Below, piece by piece: positions 19,101 through 26,322 of a DNA stretch of 32,000 nt. This stretch comes from Candidatus Bathyarchaeota archaeon (GTDB lineage: Archaea > Thermoproteota > Bathyarchaeia > Bathyarchaeales > Bathycorpusculaceae): positions 46,901 to 78,900 of the forward strand of contig JANXET010000003.1 in NCBI GenBank assembly GCA_025058315.1, in the 5' to 3' direction. A model generated the notes under the pieces. That model saw only the letters and a list, made by a program, of their open reading frames with translations, searched no databases and was not told the DNA's origin. Numbering within the stretch: position 1 is the first letter of the stretch; each line of letters starts with the position of its first letter. The position numbers were made by a program, and so were the translations under genes.

Positions 19101-19728
19101 CTACATCCCTGATAAGGTCAAACCGACTATACAAAAATCTGTCTGTGGTTATGAGTATTGAGAACTCGTTTCTTGCGATCTGATCAATGATTTCCTTCGC
19201 TTCATTCTTCGGCATTACCGAGTAATACCCGATAACTTTAGGTTTATCTTCATCTTTGAACTTCTGCAGGAATACTGAAACTCTGTCGAGAAGATGTTTA
19301 ACCAGAAGGCTTGTAGGCACAATTATGTAGGATTTCTTCCCATTTCTTGCAAGAAATAATGCCATAACAAGCCCAAACAGGGTTTTACCTATGCCTGTAG
19401 GCGCAACGATCGAGAAACTTCTTCCCATCAAAACTCTCTTAGCCCAAACCTTCTGTAAGGCCCAAGGCTTAGAACCCATAATAAAATTGAAAAACTCGGT
19501 GAACTTCCTAAGCTCTAGGTTCACTTCAAGAACCTTAACGTATTCGCTTACACTGCTAAGCTTTACCAGTTCACTGTAAACTTTCTCTCTATCATCAGGC
19601 GGCTGTGGAAGACACTTAGTGCATACTCCAGGCCAAAGCAACTCCTGGTCAGTTATATCTCCACCGCAGTTCGGACACATGCCCTTATATACTGCCTTAA
19701 GACCTTCAATTTTCGGCGGAATCACCAT
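16153..19728 (-). CDS. rgy: Reverse gyrase (helicase-like domain fused to type IA topoisomerase)
   Basis: Features: N-terminal Zn ribbon CPNCGGDITDQELLWPGVCTKC; Walker A VAPTGIGKT; DEAD-like FVDDVDS; Toprim start LVIVESPTKAKAI; second Zn ribbon CNNCGEQFTDKDACPECG; DPDVEGE; topoisomerase IA region ITYHRTD containing the catalytic Tyr. It is 1191 aa and uninterrupted. Confidence 0.95.
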   Translation of the reverse strand: MVIPPKIEGLKAVYKGMCPNCGGDITDQELLWPGVCTKCLPQPPDDREKVYSELVKLSSVSEYVKVLEVNLELRKFTEFFNFIMGSKPWALQKVWAKRVLMGRSFSIVAPTGIGKTLFGLVMALFLARNGKKSYIIVPTSLLVKHLLDRVSVFLQKFKDEDKPKVIGYYSVMPKNEAKEIIDQIARNEFSILITTDRFLYSRFDLIRDVGFNFIFVDDVDSFLKSPRNIDKVVLMMGFTQEHIEKALEENGKSLNANKTGDLKLGNQNFRVLVVSGATLMGKRTKRIRIFKSLFGFEPGFSMELVRNISNMFVKPEGSMENQLKKLISAHGSGCLVFVPQVKGVEYAKKLAEVLESDGVKVHVYERMNPKILERFVNGEYSVLVGVCSNRSPLARGLDLPETIRYVVFAGVPRREIRVGLNEYNPQKILTLLKSISPLFENKLQREIASVMSALSRIVPVSKEIVEKVREADEANIELDGFEGYVQKLLKETRKVLAHAMENVEAEKLAERIDVDVKIENGEYVLVIPDVDGYIQASGRVSRFYAAGISRGVSIMIVDDEKSFRSLRKQIQLITDEEFEEYKLDRALEEFKAVSRDREIIRKMRMGEFSFETVDIIKSALVIVESPTKAKAIAYFFGKPARRMMDNLTVYEVAGERFILTIIASGGHVFDLTSEGGYHGVIKENGDYIPVYTDIRRCNNCGEQFTDKDACPECGSSHIHSTRKMVNLLRKLATEANKVFIATDPDVEGEKISYDIFVSISPYCNDIERLEFHEVTRRALKRAFEHPRKVKLPLVQAQVVRRIEDRWVGFELSQKLWKKFKKTTLSAGRVQTPVLGWVISRTAEMKHKIPIAHIRLENDFSITLENPSNIEELTNKFKAGNLTASIDDVAFHEAQVYPPPPYTTDSMLRDAARRLGFSVGYTMSLAQTLFESGLITYHRTDATTVSTTGMDVAKRYVDENFPGTFKPREYKAEGAHECIRPTKPIDAKQLRFYLSAGVIRVPQKLVADHMRLYEMIFKRFIASQMKEAKIQTEELTFRLNGIELRQERITRILEEGFLKINPILRVKSEVKPGRYRILEFKVRRKPAAGPYREGDLVALMKEKGIGRPSTYSKIINVLLRRGYIINRNGFIFNTKLGKSVYDYLAENFKTFISEELTRNLEKAIDAIESGKTKYTEILRSIENDVRNIIVAG

Positions 19729-19749
19729 TTTAATCCTTTAATGAGGCTT

Positions 19750-20910
19750 TTAGACTTTAGCTGCAATATCGATTATCCTATTAATTTCGTCGCTTAAGGT
19801 TTCAGGCAGTCCCATTATGCCGGCATCCATGAAACCCCTTATGATAAGCGACACCGCCTGCTCCCTTGAGAGTTTCCTCGTCATTAAATATACTATCTCC
19901 TTTTCAGATATTCTGCCAACAGCCGCTTCATGCGTTATCTCTATGCTTTTGCTTCGCGCGGTCAATTCCGGAATTGACTGTAGAAATGATTCATCGTCAA
20001 GAATTAACCCTTTACACTCTAAATGTCCCTTGCAGTCCTGTCCATTTCCTTCGATTGAGCCTCTAACTATTATTTTTGAGCCTTCCCTGGTAACTGCTCT
20101 GCTGATCATTTCAGCTCGGCTTTCTCTGCCTTCCAGGATTGCCTTAGATCCTATGTCCATGAAAGTGTTTCTATGCCCATAAAGTATGCTGTTGAAAATC
20201 GCCTTTGATCCTTCTCCCATACAGTAAGCCACAGGATACATTTGCACGTCCCTTACAGGCCTTAGGCAAATGTAGTTGGAGACAAAGGTTCCGTTTTCAT
20301 TAATTATGGCTGCACTTCTAGGCCTAACCATTGATTCTTCTCTCCACTGGTGCACCATTGTTGAGTTTAAGTAGGCTCCACGTTTAACATATATTTCAGT
20401 CACTCCTATGTGGGTTGCTGATGTGACCGTAGAATGCTGTAGGCAGCTTGTTATCAAGTGGGCTTTGGAGTTTTCCTCTGCGATTATAATGTTATGCAAA
20501 CGTTGCTCAAGGTTTTCCTGCGTTATCACCATGCATGATTGAAGGGGAAATGTGACCTCGGCATCAGGTAGAATCCTTAAGAAGTAGCCTCCGCTGAAGT
20601 CTTCAGCAACCCTTCTTGTGAACGCGTCTCCCTCCCTCGGAACAGCGCTCCACATGTAATCGCTGAGCCACTGATACTTCTGCAACGCAACTTTTATGTC
20701 CATAAGTTCTACTTTGCCTTTGAATAGCTCGTTCACGCGCGAGTATACGGTGGACGTGTCTATGTGGAAGAAGGTTCCAGCCCGCTCCTCATCGCTTGCT
20801 GCTCCAGCCTTATAGGCTTCCTCAAGTATCTTGTGGGGGATGCTTTTCAAGCTGTCTTTTCCAGCCAACTCTACCATTTCTCCTCGCTTTTCACTTGGCA
20901 TTTTATGCAT
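19750..20910 (-). CDS. sufB: SufB/SufD-family Fe-S cluster assembly scaffold protein
   Basis: GGYFLRILPDAEV, the beta-helix core, and C-terminal THEAAVGRISEKEIVYLMTRKLSREQAVSLIIRGF. The start is ambiguous: ATG at 20910, 20901 (best SD spacing, GAGGGAT) or 20877. Confidence 0.82.
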   Translation of the reverse strand: MHKMPSEKRGEMVELAGKDSLKSIPHKILEEAYKAGAASDEERAGTFFHIDTSTVYSRVNELFKGKVELMDIKVALQKYQWLSDYMWSAVPREGDAFTRRVAEDFSGGYFLRILPDAEVTFPLQSCMVITQENLEQRLHNIIIAEENSKAHLITSCLQHSTVTSATHIGVTEIYVKRGAYLNSTMVHQWREESMVRPRSAAIINENGTFVSNYICLRPVRDVQMYPVAYCMGEGSKAIFNSILYGHRNTFMDIGSKAILEGRESRAEMISRAVTREGSKIIVRGSIEGNGQDCKGHLECKGLILDDESFLQSIPELTARSKSIEITHEAAVGRISEKEIVYLMTRKLSREQAVSLIIRGFMDAGIMGLPETLSDEINRIIDIAAKV

Positions 20911-21620
20911 CCCTCGTAGCCTTCGCGTTTAATATCCTCATAAACATGTTTAGGATCTGTGAAGCAGTGGATTTTACCGTTGAGTAGTACGCATCCGTAC
21001 TTAGCGTTGACGTATTCCAGTATGTCGCCTTTGTGTGTTATAATAAGGGCTGAGGCTCCGCTGGATTCTATGTAACGCTGGATTTCGCCCGCGATAATTT
21101 TTAGGCTTTCAACATCAACACCTGAGTCAGGCTCGTCTAATAGCAGCACTTTAGGTTTTAAAAATAGTAACTGTAGAATTTCGGATCTTTTCCTTTCGCC
21201 TCCTGAAAAGCCAACATGAGTTTCCCTTTTCAAGAAATCCTTAAGCCTAAAGGCTTCTATGAGCCGCATCTCCTCCTCGCTAAATTCATCCTCTAAGCTT
21301 TTGCCCAAGCAGAACTTTAGTAAATCCCCAAGTTTTACGCCCGCTATTTCCGGCGGGTTCTGAAATCCCACTCCAATTCCAAACTTCGCCCTTTCATCAA
21401 CGCTTTTACCTGTGATGTCCTCGCCCATGAATAGTATTCGGCCGGAGACAACCTCGTACGTGGGCAATCCTATGATTGTGCCGATTAGAGTTGTTTTCCC
21501 CGAACCATTAGGCCCAAAAAGAATGTGGATTTCGCCGCTTTTAAGCCCGAAACTTACGCCGTCGAGAATGATCCTGTTCTCAACTTTCACCTTTAAATCT
21601 GCAACTTCCAACAAGTACAT
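20871..21620 (-). CDS. sufC: Fe-S cluster assembly ATPase SufC
   Basis: Walker A GPNGSGKTTL, ABC signature FSGGERKRSEILQLL, Walker B LLLDEPDSGVDV, and the H-loop ITHKG. Confidence 0.92.
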   Translation of the reverse strand: MYLLEVADLKVKVENRIILDGVSFGLKSGEIHILFGPNGSGKTTLIGTIIGLPTYEVVSGRILFMGEDITGKSVDERAKFGIGVGFQNPPEIAGVKLGDLLKFCLGKSLEDEFSEEEMRLIEAFRLKDFLKRETHVGFSGGERKRSEILQLLFLKPKVLLLDEPDSGVDVESLKIIAGEIQRYIESSGASALIITHKGDILEYVNAKYGCVLLNGKIHCFTDPKHVYEDIKREGYEGCIKCQVKSEEKW

Positions 21621-21639
21621 GATAGTCCCACCATAAACT

Positions 21640-21662
21640 TCACCTAAAAAAATAATAAACTT
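21640..21662 (-). promoter_or_regulatory. Putative TATA/BRE region and SD for the sufC-sufB(-rgy) transcription unit
   Basis: The minus-strand reading is TTTTTTTAAAAAGTTTATTATTTTTTTAGGTGAAGTTTATGGTGGGACTATC-ATG. An AT-rich TATA-like block lies about 27-40 nt upstream of the sufC ATG, with GGTGGG 6 nt upstream. Confidence 0.35.
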
Positions 21663-21804
21663 TTTAAAAAAAAGTTAGCTACTATGCTTCCTCAAAGTTA
21701 TTCCCTCTTCTAAGTGCACTTCGTTGACAAGACACTTTCTTTTAGCTGGAACATTCAAATAATGTCTGAGTTACTTCTCTGCCGAACATTTTGTGGATAT
21801 GCGC

Positions 21805-22032
21805 TCAGGGTTTAAGTCGGCGTGGGTTGTGGCTGCCAAGTTGCTTTTCCATTTTGTCCTGCAGCTTTTGAAGGTTGAAAGCCGCGATTTTTGCTGTGTC
21901 TCGGTTAAGTGAGGCTTCAAGCTCGTTTAGGAGCTTAACCCTAAGGCTTTGCGTGTCCTTCCTAACAAGCCCCGAGGCAACCCTGACCTTATGCAGAAAA
22001 TTTAACCTATACCTACCCCCTATGGGTTTCAC
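21805..22032 (-). CDS. Hypothetical small basic protein (75 aa), no recognisable family
   Basis: It has a GTG start directly preceded by the purine-rich GGAGGGGTGG. The C-terminal half is predicted helical (SLRVKLLNELEASLNRDTAKIAAFNLQKLQDKMEKQL). The coding status is unverified. Confidence 0.35.
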   Translation of the reverse strand: MKPIGGRYRLNFLHKVRVASGLVRKDTQSLRVKLLNELEASLNRDTAKIAAFNLQKLQDKMEKQLGSHNPRRLKP

Positions 22033-22047
22033 CCACCCCTCCCCCCT

Positions 22048-22179
22048 CTACGTTTTCTGCGAAAGAAAAATGCCCGTCAAATTACCAACCAAGCCAGCTA
22101 TAACCGTGAAGATTTCGCTGTTCCACCCTCCTAAAACCGCCAAATGCACAACTTCAAGGACCGTTAGGCAGACAACCAT
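22048..22179 (-). CDS. Possible 43-aa hydrophobic peptide (below the ORF-track threshold)
   Basis: Manual translation gives MVVCLTVLEVVHLAVLGGWNSEIFTVIAGLVGNLTGIFLSQKT. It ends 15 nt upstream of the 75-aa ORF on the same strand. It is speculative. Confidence 0.2.
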   Translation of the reverse strand: MVVCLTVLEVVHLAVLGGWNSEIFTVIAGLVGNLTGIFLSQKT

Positions 22180-22231
22180 ACCAAGGCTGAAGTAAACAGC
22201 ATAAACAAGCCGTTCACTTGGCTGAATTGTT

Positions 22232-23131
22232 ATGATTTACTGTTTTACCCTATGCCCTTTTCTTCGGATAGTTTTTGTTAAAGCCCTTTTAATCAAGTTT
22301 CTCACTTTCTGCTGTCTTGTGCATTGCGGAAAGATGCGCCTTCCACCCAGCAGAAAAATATTTCGCTTTTCCTCTGGGAACGTAGCAAAGGAAAAGTGTT
22401 GGAGTCCAAACAGACGTCGAAACGTGATAAGCGGCTACACAAAGTTCCTCAGTTTTCTTGGGCTTTCATGGGACAAGCCCTAAATGCTACGTTCCCAAAA
22501 AGCTGCCAAGCTTCATTCTAATGGAAAGCGAAATAGACGCTTTAATAGCCGGTTCAAACAAAACCCTAGCGTGCTTTCTTCAACTCCTAAAGGAAACTGC
22601 AATGAGATCTGGAGAAGCTTTCAGATTAAAGTGGACCGACATAGACTTTGAAAGGCGAGTCATAGTTTTAAACGAACCCGAAAAGGGAAGCAACCCGCGC
22701 GTCCGGCGGATCAGCAACAAGCTGGTTGAAATGCTTAACAGCCTTCCAAGAAAAAGCGAAAAAATTTTCCCAAACAAGACCCTAGCAAGCCTAAAAACAC
22801 ATATCTCACCACAAGAAAGCGTTTAGCCAATAAGCTTCAAAACCCACGCCTATTGAGAATAGGCTTCCAAACGATAAGACATTGGAAAGCCACGATGGAA
22901 TACCATAAGACTAGAGATATCCTTTACGTCAAAAACCTTCTCGGACACAAGAAAATCGAGAACACAGAAATCTACATCAGCCTTGAAAAAGCCATATTCG
23001 GAGACGCGACAAACCAAGAGTACCACGTAAAAGTAGCCCATAAACCCGAGGAAATCAAAGCCTTACTGGAGGTTGGCTTCGAGCATTTCTACGAAAAAGA
23101 CGGGCTGATGTTCTTCCGAAAACGGAAATAA
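22232..23131 (+). pseudogene. Tyrosine recombinase (phage-integrase family, archaeal XerD-like type), disrupted by at least two frameshifts
   Basis: Three successive frames carry consecutive integrase pieces.
- YTKFLSFLGLSWDKP ends at 22483.
- LPSFILMESEIDALIAGS...ETAMRSGEAFRLKWTDIDFERRVIVLNEPEKGSNPRVRRIS spans 22458-22826 and contains the catalytic Arg.
- YLTTRKRLANKLQNPRLLRIGFQTIRHWKATMEYHKTRDILYVKNLLGHKKIENTEIYISL runs to 23131 and contains the RH and the catalytic Tyr.
The shifts lie near 22480 and 22795, the second in A-rich runs. The His of HxxR reads Q. Confidence 0.75.
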
Positions 23132-23175
23132 AAGGGGAGAAACGTTAAAAATGTGCGAGGTCAGTAAAAATCATG

Positions 23176-23264
23176 GCGGGGTTGCCCTAGCCTGGTAGGG
23201 GGCAGGCCTGCTAAGCCTGTGGCCGATTTCGGCCGCGCGGGTTCAAATCCCGCACCCCGCGCCA
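23176..23264 (+). tRNA. tRNA-Ser (anticodon GCU), class II with long variable arm, encoded CCA
   Basis: Hand-folded as follows.
- Acceptor: GCGGGGT/ACCCCGC.
- D-arm: CCCT-AGCCTGGTA-GGGG.
- Anticodon arm: CAGGC-CTGCTAA-GCCTG, with anticodon GCT at 23210-23212.
- Variable arm: 17 nt, T-GGCCG-ATTT-CGGCC-GC.
- T-arm: GCGGG-TTCAAAT-CCCGC.
- Discriminator G, then CCA.
A TTAAAAAT box lies about 25-30 nt upstream. Confidence 0.88.
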
Positions 23265-23270
23265 TACTGT

Positions 23271-23280
23271 TCCTTTTTTC
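23271..23280 (+). terminator. Oligo-T tract downstream of tRNA-Ser
   Basis: TCCTTTTTTC lies 7 nt after the CCA end. Archaeal termination typically uses T-runs. Confidence 0.4.
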
Positions 23281-23465
23281 AGATACTAAAACTCATATCC
23301 GGCATATGTGTAATGACTAGTTTCTGTCATTTTGGTTGTTGTATCCGGATTTGAAATATGCTTACGGTGAAAGATGGCATATATAATTAAAATGTTAAAT
23401 CCAGAGATATTACATGTCCCGCGGTGCTGCATACCTGGTGGATGTTGGAGGAAAAGAGAGTTTGA

Positions 23466-23744
23466 ATGGTGAATTCACAGTTCACCCATTGTGGCAGCTT
23501 TGATGAACTTTTGCTGCAAGCAATTGATGAGGCATTTTCCACCATGGGAAACTCTGTAAGAGAGACATTATACTTCTGCCTGGAGAAGGAGTTCAAAATC
23601 AGCAGAACAAGCATTCCTGAAAAGGTGAAGGACTTCGCGGAGGCTCTTGAAAAGATATTCGGCGCGGGCGCAAGGCTCATCGAAGACTGGATAATAAAGA
23701 TTTACCAAGAAGTCAAGCGACTTAATACAATCTCAAAACGATGA
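23466..23744 (+). CDS. Hypothetical small protein (92 aa), family not recognised
   Basis: Its composition is protein-like and predicted helical: FDELLLQAIDEAFSTMGNSVRETLYFCLEKEFKISRTSIPEKVKDFAEALEKIFGAGARLIEDWIIKIY. GGAGG lies 15 nt upstream. An AT-rich ATATATAATTAAAAT box is at 23378-23393. Confidence 0.45.
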   Translation: MVNSQFTHCGSFDELLLQAIDEAFSTMGNSVRETLYFCLEKEFKISRTSIPEKVKDFAEALEKIFGAGARLIEDWIIKIYQEVKRLNTISKR

Positions 23745-23966
23745 GGTAATGTTCGCAGAGTACGTTGCAGCCTTGCGAAGACGCTACGCCCAGAAAATGA
23801 CCAGCTAACAATGTCTCAGCTGCTGGTGGCAGCGCACCATCATGTCTTTCGAAGCGCTTTATTCTCTTCCTTATTTTTTAATTTGCATATCCTCTATGTT
23901 GGATATATTCAATAGACTCGTCTATGAAAATGGCTTTGCAGCATGCTCGAAATTCTTCCAAGCTTA

Positions 23967-24974
23967 TTAAGTATTTTCTTGTTTTTCCACCGTTTTTTCA
24001 TTCATTAACACAGGTGCTTCTTTACCTTCCACCACTTTTCTTATTCTCTTCAATTCGCCTTCAATTCTCTCCAGATAGGCTGCCTCGACATACCTGTCCC
24101 TCAACATTATTATCTTATCCTTAAGTTGCCAAACGTCCTTAACACCTTCCAACTTACGCTTAACCTCGTAGAAGCTTCCAACAGGCTCAGCGGGCTTAGG
24201 CTTTAGGCTTTCAACAGCTCCCCCTCCACTTACTATTGTCAGCGTTACGTCGCCGTATCCGAAGAGCCTGCCGAAGAAGCCCTGGAAGGCGGTGACCTCC
24301 ACAAGCCCGTCAAGCGGAAGCGTGGTCACCTGCACCGTGCCGAACTTACGCCTAACCACTATACGCTTGTTGGTTAAATAGTAAAGCTGACCTCTGCTGC
24401 TGAAGTAAATTAGTAGAGATGCAGCCAAACAGCTTATGATAAGAACCAGTGACATCAGTCTTAAGTGTGGCGCAATGGGCATGATGAACGCGTTAGCCAA
24501 ACCCGCCAAATAAGCAAGTATTAAGCTAATGTTATCCGCGGGATTAAGCGAAACCATAGTTTCTGAAACTCCCAGCCCAAGCCACTCAGCCAATCCCAAA
24601 ATGGGTGAAAAGAAATTAGCTGCGAAGGCAAGTACGTAACTAATCATCATAAGCCCAATCATGTATTTTATGATGCTGAAAACCAAACTCTTTAAGTCCC
24701 TAGTTATATCCATGTGCCATACGAAATATGTAACTAAAAATATGGCTACTGGCGGAATTAGCGCCGTAACCGTTATTGACGAGGCGCTGAAAAGCATGTA
24801 TACTGAATAGCCAAAAAGAGCTATCAGGCCGCACAGAACGTAACTTCTGACTTTAGAAAACGGAGACATTTGGATTATTTCGTCAACAACTTCGCCGGGC
24901 AAAAGCTTCAAATCTATATCTCGATACTGGTCAACATGCTCAGGGACCTTTAACACTTCAACCTCTTCAGACAT
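23967..24974 (-). CDS. Multi-pass membrane protein with C-terminal bacterial-PH-like (YdbS/YdbT, bPH_2-type) domain
   Basis: There are about 6 hydrophobic segments. They are followed by YYLTNKRIVVRRKFGTVQVTTLPLDGLVEVTAFQGFFGRLFGYGDVTLT, the pattern of membrane-anchored PH domains. The C-terminal tail is a charged helix. Confidence 0.6.
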   Translation of the reverse strand: MSEEVEVLKVPEHVDQYRDIDLKLLPGEVVDEIIQMSPFSKVRSYVLCGLIALFGYSVYMLFSASSITVTALIPPVAIFLVTYFVWHMDITRDLKSLVFSIIKYMIGLMMISYVLAFAANFFSPILGLAEWLGLGVSETMVSLNPADNISLILAYLAGLANAFIMPIAPHLRLMSLVLIISCLAASLLIYFSSRGQLYYLTNKRIVVRRKFGTVQVTTLPLDGLVEVTAFQGFFGRLFGYGDVTLTIVSGGGAVESLKPKPAEPVGSFYEVKRKLEGVKDVWQLKDKIIMLRDRYVEAAYLERIEGELKRIRKVVEGKEAPVLMNEKTVEKQENT

Positions 24975-25161
24975 GTCTCTTCCTTCACATATTGAACAGT
25001 TTCGACACCCAGCATCTTTTAAAATTTATGAATCAAAAATTAAGCGTAAACCACGCGCCATATGAAACATAAAGAGCAGTTATTGTCAAGCGGATTCCAC
25101 GTCATCCCTCATTAACTATTTTAAAGGTAGTGTCCTTACAAATCGCAGTTAGGGATCTCCA

Positions 25162-25691
25162 ATGGATGGGCAGATAGCATATTTCCAGTCCCGGAGTAGA
25201 ACAGAAGCACCCTTCAGGCTAGTGAGGAAGGTAGCTGAGAAAGAGGGGCATAAAAAGGTTGCCTTTGTAACTGGATATTCAACAGAAAAAAAGCCCTAGA
25301 AATATTCGAAGACTCCAAGATAAGTCTTATTGTTGTTAGCCTAAAGGGGGATAGGTCCTCCAAGCCTGCGGCAGAAACTTGAACGTGCCGGTCATAAAGT
25401 CATCCTCGCTCAGGATGTTAAGTGTGAATTTCCTGAAAGTGTACCGAAAACCTTGTGGCGCTTCTGCGGAGGCATTAAAGTATGTGTGGAAATCGTGCTG
25501 ATTGCCACGGAGCTGGAATTATTAAGCCCGGTGGGGAAGTGGTAGCCGTTTGAATGCTGGGTTACGATAAGGGCGGCAGAGTGGATGCGGCCATCATAAT
25601 GGAAGCAGTCGGAAGCCAACAGTTCCTACAGCTTGAAACCATATTCGGCGTGAAGGAGAAAAAGGCGAAAAATAAGAGGAATCCTATGTGA
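25162..25691 (+). pseudogene. Decayed gene for a pyruvate-kinase C-terminal (alpha/beta) domain-like protein
   Basis: Manual translation shows four consecutive pieces in shifting frames.
- MDGQIAYFQSRSRTEAPFRLVRKVAEKEGHKKVAFVTGYSTEKKP*, with the shift inside the A7 run at 25286-25292.
- ALEIFEDSKISLIVVSLKGDRSSKPAAET*
- LERAGHKVILAQDV...TLWRFCGGIKVCVEIVLIATELELLSPVGKW*
- GEVVAV*MLGYDKGGRVDAAIIMEAVGSQQFLQLETIF, with an in-frame TGA at 25551.
The blocks resemble the YF..G..NT / TLR.F.GQG.KV.VEI / IAIGG..G.DTA pattern of this family. Confidence 0.55.
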
Positions 25692-25715
25692 ACCAGGATA
25701 ACCTAGATTTTATTT

Positions 25716-26273
25716 TTATACTTTATTTTTTGTAAAGTATGGTTTTAAGAGCTTAAGCAAAACTGGAAAGACTAGGACAGCCGAGATTATAAGCCCTTCG
25801 CCGGTGAAAAGCGGTGCATCCATGCTTTGGAAGTTTGAGAAGGTAGACGGCTCAGTAAGCAAATTAACGTAAAGTGCTGTTTTCGCCGAACCGCTAACAT
25901 GCACCATAAACGCCATGTGAAGCCAATATCCCCTAGTATCCAAAGGCCACAGGATAGGCGTATAATCTGTGACAAAATCAAAAATGGCGTGGGAAATCAA
26001 AACAAATAAGGCCTGCATGCAGGTGGAAAGCCCACGTCCAATCCTGTAGGCAACCACCATCAAGGGGATAATCGCCAAGAATATAACTATGATGGAATGG
26101 GTGAAGGATCTGTGAATCAGTAGGGCTGCATCTAGGTCTGGAGCCAAACCTAAGAGTGCGAGAAGGAAACTTTTCCTGGGCTTAACTCCTGCAGCTATGA
26201 GAGCCGCGAAGGGTGCAACAAAATGGATTATGGGCTCCAATCGTGATCTTCCCTTTTTACGTGAACGGTTCAT
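25716..26273 (-). CDS. Membrane-bound metal-dependent hydrolase-like protein (DUF457 / YdjM family)
   Basis: It has 4-5 TM segments with the His/Asp pattern HFVAPFAAL...LGLAPDLDAALLIHRSFTHS typical of YdjM-like proteins. Confidence 0.6.
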   Translation of the reverse strand: MNRSRKKGRSRLEPIIHFVAPFAALIAAGVKPRKSFLLALLGLAPDLDAALLIHRSFTHSIIVIFLAIIPLMVVAYRIGRGLSTCMQALFVLISHAIFDFVTDYTPILWPLDTRGYWLHMAFMVHVSGSAKTALYVNLLTEPSTFSNFQSMDAPLFTGEGLIISAVLVFPVLLKLLKPYFTKNKV

Positions 26274-26322
26274 TTCTGGTATGAGGATTTATAAGGGTTT
26301 ATGCTTTGATGTTGGTTTGTTA

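Noticed and set aside
289-19579. There are many plus/minus ORFs of 60-158 aa lying antisense to the large genes. Examples are 289-564, 757-1093, 1480-1758, 3075-3452, 4332-4808, 5282-5763, 16072-16446, 17084-17550 and 18773-19183.
   Set aside because: Each lies entirely inside a well-supported gene on the other strand. Their translations are low-complexity and Ser/Pro/Leu-rich with no motifs. This is the usual shadow-ORF pattern of a compositionally biased coding strand.
21621-21634. A 12-codon upstream ORF (MVGLSCTCWKLQI) starts at 21634 and is preceded by AGGTGA in the sufC leader.
   Set aside because: It is out of frame with sufC and very short. The same purine tract plus GGTGGG can equally serve as the SD for the sufC ATG. 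There is no evidence for a regulatory uORF.
21875-22195. A 106-aa plus-strand ORF overlaps the two small minus-strand ORFs.
   Set aside because: It has no start context or motifs, and its translation is low-complexity (Ser/Thr/Pro/Leu-rich). The minus-strand 75-aa ORF has a strong SD. Neither strand is proven coding.
25055-25070. CCACGCGCCATATG resembles the tRNA-Ser 3-prime end CCCCGCGCCATACT. I considered it as a possible attR that would delimit a 1.8-kb element.
   Set aside because: Only 9 nt match exactly. With about 80 possible 9-mers from the tRNA and 64 kb of two-strand sequence, several such matches are expected by chance. A proper alignment search would be needed.
21640-25160. I looked in the intergenic regions (21640-21805, 23265-23465, 24975-25160) for C/D-box sRNAs, other tRNAs, CRISPR repeats and cobalamin riboswitch-like structure.
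   Set aside because: I found no RUGAUGA...CUGA box pairs at sRNA spacing, no regularly spaced repeats and no second cloverleaf. There are only short hairpins (AATGAC-8nt-GTCATT at about 23308-23327) and a palindromic ATCCGGAT, which are unremarkable. A covariance-model scan would be the definitive check.
25410-25619. A 69-aa minus-strand ORF lies in the 25.1-25.7 kb region.
   Set aside because: It lies antisense to recognisable, though decayed, PK_C-like coding blocks. It has no motifs and an implausible composition.
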